Shown here piece by piece: positions 40,275-52,251 of a stretch of DNA of 64,000 bases. Made by a program: the position numbers and the translations under genes. Source of the DNA: Octopus vulgaris (lineage: Eukaryota); NCBI GenBank assembly GCA_951406725.2, contig OX597834.1:12152001-12216000 (forward strand), read 5' to 3'. The notes beneath the pieces are model-generated. The model was not told the DNA's origin. It worked only from the letters and a program-made list of their open reading frames with translations, and searched no databases. Numbering within the stretch: position 1 is the stretch's first letter; each line of letters begins with the position of its first letter.

Positions 40275-41411
40275 TATTCCACTCTAGGCACAAGGTCGGA
40301 CATTTTTGTTGGGCGGGGGAGGTCAGTCGATTAGATCGACCCCAGTACGCCACTGGAACTTCAGTTATCGACCTCGAAAGGATAAAAGGCAGATTCGACT
40401 TCGGCGGAATTTGAACTCAGCACGTAAAGACAGACGAAATACCTATTTCTTTACTATCCACAAGAGGCTACACGTAGAGGGGACATACAAGGACAGACAA
40501 ACGGATTAAGTCGATTATATCAACCCCAGTGCGTAACTGGTACTTATTTAATCGACCCTGAAAGAATGAAAGGCAAAGTCGTCATCGGCGGAATTTGAAC
40601 TCAGAACATAAAGACAGAAGAAATACCTATTTCTTTACTTCTCACAAGGGGCAACACGCAGAGGGGACAAACAAGGACGGACAAACGGATTAAGTCGATT
40701 ATATCGACCCCAGTGCGTAACTGGTACTTATTTAATCGAGCCTGAAAGAATGAAAGGCAAAGTCGTCATCGGCGGAATTTGAACTCAGAACGTAAAGACA
40801 GAAGAAATACCTATGTCTTTACTGCCCACAAGGGGCTACACACAGAGGGGATAAACAAGGACAGACAAACGGATTAAGTCGATTATATCAACCCCAGTGC
40901 GTAACTGGTACTTATTTAATCGACCCTGAAAGAATAAAAGGCAAAGTCGTAATCGGCGGAATTTGAACTCAGAACGTAAAGACAGAAGAAATACCTATTT
41001 CTTTATTGCCCACAAGGGGCTACACACAGAGGGGACAAACAAGGACGGAGAAACGGATTAAGTCGATTATATCGACCCCAGTGCGTAACTGGTACTTATT
41101 TAATCGACCCCGAAAAGATGAAAGGCAAAGTCGACTTCAGCGGAATTTGAACTCAGCACGTATCGCAGACGGAATACCTATTTCTTTATTACCCACAAGG
41201 GGCTAAACACAGAGGGGACATACAAGGACAGACAAACTGATTAAGTCAATTACATCGACACCAGTTCGTAACTGATACTTGTTTAATCAACCCCGAAAGG
41301 ATGAAAGGCAAAGTTGACCTCGACGGAAATTTGAACTCCGAACGTAGCAGCAGACGAAACACGGCTACGCATTTCGCCCTGCTTGCTAACGTTTCTGCCA
41401 GCTCGCCGCCT
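40275..41411 (-). mobile_element. SINE family B concatemer: one head plus six bodies
   Basis: Unit starts at 40443, 40627, 40811, 40995 and 41178 (period 183-184); junction gaaatacctatttc; distal unit 40275-40442 has a different tail; single head 41360-41411. Confidence 0.92.
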
Positions 41412-41514
41412 TGAATATATACTGTATAAGCGGAGACAAAAACTAAATGAAATCTAAATGCTAATTTCAAAACCTGATATCGATCTGCGCTGGGAACAAG
41501 AGTTTCTTTTGTTC

Positions 41515-41728
41515 TCTTAATTCTTTTAACTGTCTCAGTTATTTGACTGCACCATGTTGGTGCAACGCCTTGAAGGGCTTTAGCCGAAAAAATCGAATCC
41601 AGGACTTATTCTTTGTAAACCTAGTATGAATTCATAGGCCGAACTGCTAAATTACGGGTGACATAAACACACCAGCATCGGTTGTCAAGCCACGGCAGGA
41701 AGAGAAACGTAGACACTCACAAATACAT

Positions 41729-41796
<68 letters not shown>

Positions 41797-41948
41797 GACG
41801 GGCTTCTTTCTGTTTCCATCTACCAAACCCACACACAGCACTTTAGTCAGCCCGAGGTTAGTGTCAAAAACACTTGTCACAGGTGCTACGCAATGGGACT
41901 GAACCCGGAACCATGTGGTTGGAAAGCAACCCACATACTCGCCTGCCC
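41515..41948 (-). mobile_element. SINE family A, diverged
   Basis: Consensus match with an internal (CA)n/(TA)n tract. Confidence 0.8.
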
Positions 41949-42229
41949 ATATGAAGGGTAAAAATATTTTTAAAAAATTATCTCGGATTCTTTACCATAA
42001 GATCCGATTGATGTTATGTTTTTCTTTTATGTTTTTATTCTTTAACACCAGGTCTATCATGAACGGCTTGTGGTCAATGACTGATGACCTTTCGACTTAT
42101 TTTAGAACATGGTTGAGTCCATAAATCAGGATTTGACTAGAGAAGGTTTGTATTCCTATAACCTCTGTTAATTGTATAACCCTTTAAAAGGGAAGATAAG
42201 AACGTTCATTTTCGGCATTTGATGTTTTG

Positions 42230-42379
42230 GGAACCACAAAAAATTTGCTGCAGCTCGGTTGGGATGTGTTACCCCACCCTCTATATTCACCAGGTATTGC
42301 TCCTTCGGATTTCCACTTATTCAGGTCTTTGCAGAATAGTCTTAATGATAAGAATTTCAATTCCTTGGATGCCGTATAA
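42230..42379 (+). mobile_element. Mariner (Tc1/mariner) transposase fragment
   Basis: Translates to LLQLGWDVLPHPLYSPGIAPSDFHLFRSLQNSLNDKNFNSLDAV*, matching the mariner YSPDLAPSDFHLF motif. Confidence 0.9.
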
Positions 42380-42884
42380 AGATAACTTGAAATTTTATGT
42401 TGGAGAAAATATGTGCGCTTGTATGCGTGTGTGTGCATGTTAGTGTACGTGTTTACGTGCGTGTGTCTATGTGTAAAATCAAATATTTATATAGCCGAAC
42501 AGATTCGCTTGTGGTAATCATGACAGAAGCTAACGATAATGTTACAATTTCATGCTATCATAAAGAGTTTTTATTCCATGTTAGTAGGAGGAAGGATATT
42601 TTGTGAATGAAATAGATGACAATGGAACGGAAAACTATGCAAAGAATTTCATTAGCCTACAGCCTCCTTGAAGCTTCATTTTCGAAGCTCCGAGAAGGAT
42701 ACGTGGTAGTACACAAGTACTCAGTTCTGAGTGCTCTATATCACACAGGAGAAACAGCTGTAAGCTAATCAAGTTCAATGCAGAATCTTCCGTTCCTTTG
42801 TCACTGATGCAATTTGATATTACGCACTGTACTCTGACCCTGAATCGTTGTACGTCTGTTTGTTAGTACCGCCATGACTAAACG

Positions 42885-42957
<73 letters not shown>

Positions 42958-42960
42958 TAA

Positions 42961-43205
42961 ATTAAATTAGAGATAAAGCCACTATTAGGCAAATCATACA
43001 ATGAAAAACTTAAGCCAATACATAAGATTATTTAACTTAATATAAATTAAATAATCCTATGTATTGGCTTAAGTTTTTCATTGTATGATTTGCCTAATAG
43101 TGGTTTTATCTCTAATTTAATATAACATAATATTTTACTATAAAATTGGATTGAATCCTAAATCTGATTTTCCCTGTAAGTTTGAATTTATACCCTAATA
43201 TTTGT
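42961..43205. mobile_element. (TA)n-embedded fold-back element (75-bp arms, 11-nt loop) with a one-sided extension
   Basis: 42961-43035 vs 43047-43121, two mismatches. Confidence 0.75.
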
Positions 43206-43229
43206 TTATATATATATATATATATATAG

Positions 43230-43557
43230 TCTGTTGTGTCTGGGGAGAATCGTTTTCTTTTTGTGCATTATAATTTAACACACTTACCGGTAAAATTTAA
43301 ACTTATTCCTTATTTTTATTTTTCCTAAAATTTTCGTTGTGTCTTGCAACGTTTTCAAGAGTCAAAACTATTGCAAAGGTTGCAAGACGAAACGAAAATA
43401 TTAGGAAAATGAAAATAAGAAATACGTGGAAGTTTCACCGGTGAGTGTGTTAAATTTTAAGGCACAAAAAGAAAATGACTCTCCTCAGACACAACAGAAT
43501 ATACTTAAACACACGAACTCACATAAAGAATCTTGCAAACCAAATCCCAAAACGAAA
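43230..43557. mobile_element. (TA)n-embedded fold-back element (~130-bp arms) with a one-sided extension
   Basis: tctgttgtgtctggggaga..gtcttgcaac / gttgcaagac..cagacacaacaga; same family at 56631-56835. Confidence 0.8.
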
Positions 43558-43580
43558 TATATATATATATATATATATAT

Positions 43581-43925
43581 AATAAAAAAGGGTAAAATTA
43601 ATTAATTAAGAAGTAATCAGTAATTTCACCAAGTAGAATTCGGCATGAAAAAGACCATTTCATGGTAAGCTTAAGTAATAATTTATAATTAGGGTTCAGC
43701 AAAGATTTGCTTTACAACATACCAAAGTTTAGAAATAGCAGTCAAAAACATTTGCTATTTCTTCTACTTTAAAAGGGACATCCAGAAAAACGTAGATTGT
43801 TTTCAAGTACTTTGGTTTTTTCTGGGAGACTGTTTTAAAGTAGAAGAAATAGCAAAGGTTTTTGACTGCTATTTCTAAACTTCGGTATGTGGTAAAGCAA
43901 ATCTTTGCTGAACCCTAATTATAAA
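43581..43925. mobile_element. (TA)n-embedded fold-back element (arms 43682-43925) with a one-sided extension
   Basis: ataattagggttcagcaaagatttgc.. / ..gcaaatctttgctgaaccctaattat; related to 31327-31570 and 51950-52220. Confidence 0.8.
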
Positions 43926-43973
<48 letters not shown>

Positions 43974-45264
43974 GTATATATATGTATATATATGTATATA
44001 TATGTATATATGTATATATGTATATATGTGTGCGCGTTGATTTCGCTGTGTTGTACCCATGAAGACGATTTTGCTCCTGAAATGATGTTATTCTTAAAGT
44101 AGATTCACATTTATGTCAGACATTGTAGTGACTGTTTCAATGTTCGCCTTCTTCAGCAGAAACAACCAGTCCTCTTTGAACAATTGAACAAATCTCATGA
44201 AGCGAATCTTGGTGTCCCTCTCAAGGGAAACCGAACTGCATGTGTGTGTCTGTGTGTTTGTGTGTGTGTCTGTGTGTTCATGCGAAGTATGTGTGTCGTA
44301 AGCATAGAATTCGGTTTTTCGGACAACCATCGTTGTTCATCGCCAGCTTTCATGTAACGTTATATTACATAACACTTAACAGTAAACTGACCGTTGTCGC
44401 TATTGTTAAACGCATTACGCAAACATGGCGAGTATCTTCAATCGCATATACCTGAAACCTCAAATAACGTTATCAAAATACTTGCTAAACACGGCGCATA
44501 CATTCGCCATTAAAATGAATTGAGTTTTAGCTGGCTGAATTATTTCTGTTGATGGTGTCGGAATTCAGATAGAATAATAATGGTTTTCAAAAGATCACAA
44601 CACACAAAAAAATCATTGAATTTAACATCCAATAGATTATTTTAGCTTGGTCGATCAAAGGCTGGTTTATTATTATGTTCCTATGACTGAACACAATCGC
44701 CTAACTCTTTTAATCTCCTTTCGCAATTCTCATTCACACTCTCCTTAGCTCTTTTTTTCCCCTGCCTATCTCTATCTATCTTTCTAGCTATCTATATATA
44801 TTTATCTTTGTGTCTAGTCATCCATCGATCGATCGATTTTTACTACCTATATATATTTGCTGTTTTAGCTACCTATCTACCCGTTATGTACATCCAACTC
44901 CGTTTCAGGGTGTGCGTATATAGATATATTATACATGCGTACATACATATGTATATATATAATATATATATATATGTCTATGTGTGTATATATATGTGTA
45001 TATATATATATATATATATGTCTATGTGTGTATATATATGTGTGTATATATATATATGTATATATATATATATGTGTATATATATATATATGTGTATATA
45101 TATATACATGTGTATATATATATACATGTGTATATATATATATATACATGTGTATATATATATATACATGTGTATATATATATATACATGTGTATATATA
45201 TACATGTGTATATATATACATGTGTATATATATATATACATGTGTATATATATACATGTGTATG

Positions 45265-45306
<42 letters not shown>

Positions 45307-45722
45307 TATACATGTGTGTATATATATATATATGTATATATATACACGCACATTTATCTGTATCCATATAAATTTATGTGCGTGTATGCGCAGTGAGTTT
45401 CGTGATTGTATTATATACGTATACGTAGAATAAGTATCTATGTGTACTTACGTACGTCAGTATGCGTATGTGTATGTGTTTGCGGGTGTCTGTTGTGAGA
45501 GCATGTGTGTGTGTTTGTGTGTGTGTGTGTGCATATGTGTGTATTTTTGACTTTCATTTTCTCTCAAAATTTTTCTACCTCCACAAATTATTTTGATTTC
45601 TGTAGTCCATTGTTATAATATATCGTAGTATATCATAATATACAATCGTTCTCTCTGTACAAAGTTACATTACATTCATTTTGTTATCTTTATCATCTCT
45701 ACCGTGTAACATTAATTTTTTT

Positions 45723-46112
45723 ATGGCTTCGTCAGAGAAAGAAAGGTAGCACCAATGACCTTTCGCAGGTCTTGAGAACGATAGGAGGAAAAAAAGGGGA
45801 GAGTTATTTTCAGACGACCAGCGTGGCCCTTTGCTTGCAACAGAGATTAATATGGCAAAAGGAAACAAAACCAAGGTAATGGTTGTTAAATCGGTTGAAA
45901 AATTAAGTCTCCCACCCGAGTTCTAATATAGAGAATCAGATGGACTTCCGAACAGTTCCGATCGATAAAATTTCCCTTATGAAGACGCCATTAGAGAATT
46001 TGATGGCATAGTAACAAGAAAAAGAAGCAACAACAACACTTTTTTACCAAAACTTCCAGATGATAATGATAGTCAGACTATGAAAGCAGAAGGTGAAATT
46101 CGTAACAAGAGG
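45723..46112 (+). pseudogene. Possible decayed coding exon of unknown identity
   Basis: ATG 45723 opens a 130-codon non-repetitive frame with four stops, ending at AGG|gtaata; contains RRKKR, TRKR and RNKR. Confidence 0.25.
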
Positions 46113-46278
46113 GTAATATCTAAAACTATATTCATTACGTTTTAAATAATCTGTTTATCTATGTTTGTCTTTCATTTATCGGTTGACATCTGTCTGTTTG
46201 TCTGTCTATCTGTCAAGATATGTGTCTTGTCCATCCATTTATCTATCAAATTACTGCATAAATATCAAGATACACACA

Positions 46279-46331
<53 letters not shown>

Positions 46332-46989
46332 ACTGAATAACCCGTTGTTGCCGGGCAATTTTTACAATAGAATATCTTACGTACATTTTTGTTTATTCCA
46401 TATCATAGTATGCCTACCCCGATTGATAGGCCTATTAATCAGAAGCGATTCGAGCAATTTTTTTCGCAAAAAAATTCCTTGAAGATTTGTTTTCCTTTTA
46501 AAATTATTTACATGACAGTTCAACCGTTTCACATGTATTTATTTATGAAATGTTATTAAAAGTTCAGAAATTATTGCAACTTTAGTCGTCATAATGCTTT
46601 GCTTTCGTTTGTTTAAAAAAAATCCTCCCCGTAATGAGTTTGATTTCATTTCGTGATAGAGAGCTATTATGTAGAAAATGTCAGCTTCCAAATCCTCTTT
46701 CTGATTAGGTAAAATTAAATAAAATTTAAAACTCATAATATTTTTCTATAATTTTTCAGGAACAAAAGAAAAAAAAAAAGAAAATCGGATTTATCTCAGA
46801 AAATTACTTCAATACACTAAATTTGGAAATTTTGACGTAAGTTTGAAATACCACGAAATGTGACAGCAACGGAGAAGACCGAGGCTATCGTACAAGACAT
46901 TTACTCGAGGTGGCACACAATGTGACTGAACCTAGAACAATGTAATTTGGAAGCTAGCTTCTTACAACACAGCCGCTGTATATATGTAT

Positions 46990-47155
46990 AGGGAAAATTC
47001 ACAAAAGACTAAGAAAGTTAGTGTAGACAACAAACACATGTATTAGCTTAAAGCTCGGGAAGTGAAAAAAGTCTTTAATGTTTCGAGCCTATGCTCTTCC
47101 TCAGAATGGAACAAAGAAAGAAACAAGGAGAGAAAATGAGGAGCGAAAAAAATAT
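46990..47155 (-). mobile_element. (TA)n-embedded repeat with a hammerhead-like core
   Basis: Minus strand CTGAGGA A GAGC-ATAG-GCTC GAAA C (47104-47080); homologous to 54905-55087. Confidence 0.6.
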
Positions 47156-47191
47156 ATATACATCTACGCATGTATGTATATACATGTATGC

Positions 47192-47237
<46 letters not shown>

Positions 47238-47268
47238 GCATATATATACATATATATACATGTACGCA

Positions 47269-47306
<38 letters not shown>

Positions 47307-48274
47307 CGCATGTATATACATATATATACATGTACGCATGTATGTATACATATACTTTTATAATAAAGGCTAACAGGTCGAAACATGAAAGTTACGTCAC
47401 CAAACTTCACGTAAAACGTTAATCCACTCACACATTGAAAGAAACAGATATATACACACACATACATACATACATATATACTAACGTAATGTAAGATAAT
47501 ATATGATGAAATATATGTGTATGTATGTGAGACTATATATGTATGCAGGAATATTAACTGTGTGTGCTTATGTAAAATGCGTAAAAATCATATATTTTGT
47601 TTCCTGACTTTCTTTCGTTGGATCAGTTTCTCTGTTGTCTTCTCACCATTCCATTGGAGGCCTAGACTACCTTGGTATATAAGATACCGCAGCGAAAGCA
47701 AAAGGTTACGCAACCAGGTAATATAATCCTTAATGCTTCTTTCTGATTTTCGATATGTTGATTCTAAGACACAGTGAAGCGCAAAAATACATAGAGAAAT
47801 ATAAAACAAAAATGTATGTGTATACACACACACATATATACGCACACACATATGTATATATAAAACACATACACTCACTCATTCAACCCATTCAACTTTT
47901 GATAAAAATGCGTAAAGAAGCATGAAACAACGATGTGATTGTGTATATACATACATATATATAAATAAGCAGATATATATATACACACACACACACACAA
48001 ATATATATATATATATATAAATAAATATATATACACACACACAAATATATATATATATATGTGTATATATTTACTATATATATATATGTATATATTTAAA
48101 TATATATATACGTATACATATATATATTTGTATACATATTTACACATACATATATATATATGCACACACACACATATCTATATATACACACACATACACA
48201 CTCACACAAACACACACATATCGTATACATGTATAGTTTAGATAGACAATATATATCAAATACATATGTGCATC

Positions 48275-48314
<40 letters not shown>

Positions 48315-48721
48315 CAGAGAGAGAGAGAAAGAGGGAGAGAGAGAGAGAGAGACGCATAAGAAGAGGACTCGTATAAAAGAAGCCAAAACGAATCCAAAGT
48401 AAATTAGGAATGGTATTTTATTTCCTTGTTTCTCAATGTTCAAAGTATAGCAGTTTGTGTGGAATGCTAAAGGTGGTAGAATTTATGACTTTTTGGAATT
48501 TTTTCTTACTGCAGTAGAAAGCAATAAAGAAATTCTGTTCGTTCGCTGCTCAACCGATACTGTTCAGTCTGAACCAACACTGTTCCTGCATATATCGGGT
48601 GTATGAGTTTCTGTTATGTTTCGTACACACCACCACATCGCATAAGTATGCGTAACTCGTATTATAGTATATACACGTACATAGATACGTTCGTACATAC
48701 ATATACACAAAGACGCGTACA

Positions 48722-48759
<38 letters not shown>

Positions 48760-48929
48760 GTATTCAAATACATACGTATATATATACATTACTTGTGTGT
48801 ATGCTTGTGTGCATTTCTGTGTATGGTACAGTGAGCTATTGGAAAGAGAGAATGAGAGGAAAGGAGTATAACAATGCTATGAATACTAAAGTGTATAGAA
48901 TAGTGAGATGAAACTACGAAAGAGCAAAT

Positions 48930-49450
48930 GAAAGCCAGAAAGATTACAGATGAAAGGAATGAAAAGGAAGGAGAAAGGAATGAGAGACAATAGGATAGAT
49001 AAAGAACGAAATTTCAACGGTCAGCAATAAGTAAGGAAGGAAAATTCTGAACGAAAAAGTTTGAAGAGGAAAACAATATAGAATGAAAGAAATAACTGAT
49101 GATAGAATGGAAGGCAAAGTTTGCTAGAATCAAGAAAATATGAATGAAAGGAAGAGAAGACGCAGAAGGCGAAGAAGAAGAAGAAGAAGACGAAGAAGAA
49201 TACAACGAAAAAGACGAAGAAGAAGAAGAAAACAAGAAGAAAAGAAGAAGAGTAAAAGAAGAAGGGTGACAGAAAGAGAGAGAGAGATATAAAACGTAAT
49301 AGGTAATATACAGAATGTTGATGAAAACAAATATTTGAAGGAGATACAAAGAAAGAAACGAATGAATAATAATACAAAAAGAAAGCAAGTAAGAGAAGAA
49401 AACTGAATGAAAGATTAGATGAAGATGTTTATGAAAGAATGAACGAATAA
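48930..49450. repeat. Purine-rich (GAA-type) low-complexity tract
   Basis: Directly visible. Confidence 0.8.
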
Positions 49451-49540
49451 AGACTCGATAATAGTCAAGATATTAGTCAAGAAAATATATAAATGAAAGA
49501 AAATTAGAGCATAATCAAGCCCCGCTCCATCCCGCCATTG

Positions 49541-49960
49541 GATGCAGGGGTGTCTGTGTGGTAAGAAGTTTGCTTTCTAACAACATGGTCCCTAGTTCAG
49601 TTGAATCATGTGGATCCCTGGGCAAGTGCTTTCTGCTATAACCTTGGCCCTGCGAGTGGATTTGGTAGACAGAAACTGAAAGAAGCCCGTCACACACGAA
49701 CATTTATACACATGTGTGTGTCTTTGTGTCTGTGTTTGAACCCCATCCCCAGCATCACTGCTTGGCAACCAGTGCTGGTAGGTTCCCGTCCCCTTAACCT
49801 AGAGGTCCGATAAAAGTAGCCGATAAAATATGTGCCGAGCTTACGATAAATAAATAATTAAATAAAATAATGTACTATAGTTGATTCGTTCGACTAAAAT
49901 TCCTCAAGGTGGTGCCTCAGCATGGCCGCATTCTAATGACTGAAACAAGTAAAAGATAAA
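49541..49960 (+). mobile_element. SINE family A, diverged
   Basis: Head, gaagcccgtc and cagcatggccgca..gactgaaacaagtaaaag tail. Confidence 0.8.
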
Positions 49961-51174
49961 ACTAAAATATCAGCAGTACCAGCATCTCCATCAACAATAC
50001 TAGATTCCCCTGCCACAATGGCACCAGCAGCACCGCCTCAGCAATAGAAGTATAACCAAATTTTACAAGTACCAACGCGTGGAATTTATCTAATCTGGTC
50101 GTTGATTTTTAGGGAAAATATTAATAAAGCAAATAAATACGATGTTCCATCGGAGGTGTTGGTTTTCTTTAGCCCTTGGTTGGCCTTGACCTGGCACCTT
50201 AAAGATCAAACGCAATATTTGAAGCTATAGCTATTTTCTACATTTCTTTCCGATCTCGTGTATCTGACATGATGCTATCGAATTTTTTTCTTTTTTTCCT
50301 TCCTGTAATCAGAATTCCACGTTGTTGGAAGGAGATGTATTTAATCTTTCTAGTATATTCTACAAAGAGTTACTATTTCCCCTCTTTGTTCAACAGAAGG
50401 ATTTGAAATTGCCATTGTAATTTTACGTTCCTGCAATTGTGTCGAGTGACCTATTGTTCCTACCGTTTCCTATAGCTACAAAGATAGAATTGGCACCACC
50501 GTCTTTCATTTGAGAGTCTTAAACAAAAGTATTACACTTTATCAAACAACCGCGCATTGTAATCTCGTATCATTGAATCAAAGCACAATAAATTTTTAAA
50601 GGAAGAAATCGTAGAACAGAATACGTATTTGATTATCTTCGATATAATAAAATGCTGTATGATACAATTTCTTATCTCAGCTAAATTTTGGGGAATATCT
50701 ACTCCAAGAGTTAATGAAATTATTTGAAACTACAAAGTGCCTTCCAGCCGTAGCGTGTATTCAAAGCTCAATGTACTTTTACGTAGGACATTTCTGTTGT
50801 TGAAGTGGCTTGGCCCCATGTGCTCTGAACGAGCAAGATCAGATAAGTATTTGTTTGTTTTAGACAGGTTATTCATTGCCTGAGAGGAATTTGGCCATTG
50901 TCGTGCCACAGATTTCATTAAACTATTTGTTTAACAATGTAAGTTATCTTTGAATATTCCTAGCACAGAAACAAAGTTATTCTTATTTGTTTTTCTTTGT
51001 TACAGTCATTCTACAGCAGCTATGAAGAGAGAACGGCCTCGAATGATTATAGTCAAACAAACCGACCCCTGTGTTTATTTTAAATCTTGTAATTTTGTTG
51101 GTCTCTTTTGCCGAACTGCTTGATTACGAAGACTTAAGGAAACAAGTAATGGTTCTCAAATCTATCTCTATGTA

Positions 51175-51515
51175 TCCGCTCAGTCGAAGTCGACTCTCGG
51201 TCACTCGTTGGATCAGTGTCCTCCAGTGAGTTCTATCCATTCCGGTATCACTCTTGTGGTGTCAAGCCAGCGGGTTCTTGGTCGGCCTCTTCTTCTCTTG
51301 CCACTGACCATTCCGAGCATGATGTCCTTCTCCAGGGATTTTTTCCGCATAATATGACCGAAATATGCCAATCTACGCTTGGTGATCCCAGCTTCTAGCG
51401 ACATTTTCGGCCTGATGCTTAAGAACTTCTCCATTGGTGAGCCTCGCTGTCCATGGAATCCGTAAAAGTATTCTCCAACACCAAAGCTCGAATGCATTAA
51501 TTCTCTTCTGGTCAA
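51175..51515 (-). mobile_element. RTE-clade LINE 3' fragment
   Basis: Frameshifted RRINAFELWCWRILLRIPWTAR then SLEAGITKRRLAYFGHIMRKKSLEKDIMLGMVSGKRRRGRPRTRWLD, a typical RTE/BovB-like C-terminus. Confidence 0.9.
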
Positions 51516-51907
51516 ATGGCGTAGGGCATTTCTGTTGTTCAGCTGGCTTGACGCTATATACTCTGAGTGATCTTCACCAGGTAAGTATTTATTTCGTTTA
51601 GATATAACGAAAGGAATTTGGCCGTTATCGTAGCGTAGATTTCACTAAGCTCTTTGTCTATCAATGTAGCTCTTGCGCAGTAGCAAATATCATTAACTTA
51701 TTTATTTGTTATAGTCGTTGTACTCCAATGATACTGGGAGAACAGCCTTGGAAAATTTTAGTCTAACAAATCAGCCCCCTTTTTTATATTTTTAAGTCTT
51801 GTACTTATTCTATCAGGGCCTTTCAATGAAGCGTTAGGTTACGAGAACGTAAAAGAACAAACACAGACACGAAGACGTACACAATGTCGATACACACACA
51901 CACACAC

Positions 51908-51944
<37 letters not shown>

Positions 51945-51949
51945 TACAC

Positions 51950-52220
51950 AGATAAAGGGTGAAAGATAATTAATTTAATAAAATCAATAAATTTCACCTA
52001 GTAGTATTTCGGTATGGAAAAGGACCATATTCGCTAAACATTTATAATATAAGTGTTTATGCAACCACACCGAAAATATTTGAAATAGCAGTCAAAGGAC
52101 TACTATTTCTTTGACTACTATTTCTTGTAGTAAAAGAAATAGTAGTCCTTTGACTGCTATTTCTAATATTTTCGGTATGTGGTTTAAGCAACTTGTTGCA
52201 AAAAACCCTTATTATTATAA
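51950..52220. mobile_element. (TA)n-embedded fold-back element (arms 52063-52184)
   Basis: Shares the aagggt..aatttcacc.agtag..ttcgg.atg.aaaa.gaccat leader and gaaatagcagtcaaa arm with 43581-43925. Confidence 0.75.

Positions 52221-52251
<31 letters not shown>

Noticed and set aside
40443-41360. CRISPR-like array
   Set aside because: Whole 184-bp units repeat with no unique spacers, in a eukaryotic context with no cas genes
44125-44160. Minus-strand CTGAAGA...GAAACAGTC
   Set aside because: Neither stem II nor stem I can pair
46330-46870. Possible Helitron/Helentron-type non-autonomous element (5' acccgttgttgccggg hairpin-like start)
   Set aside because: Single copy in the window and no convincing 3' terminus found
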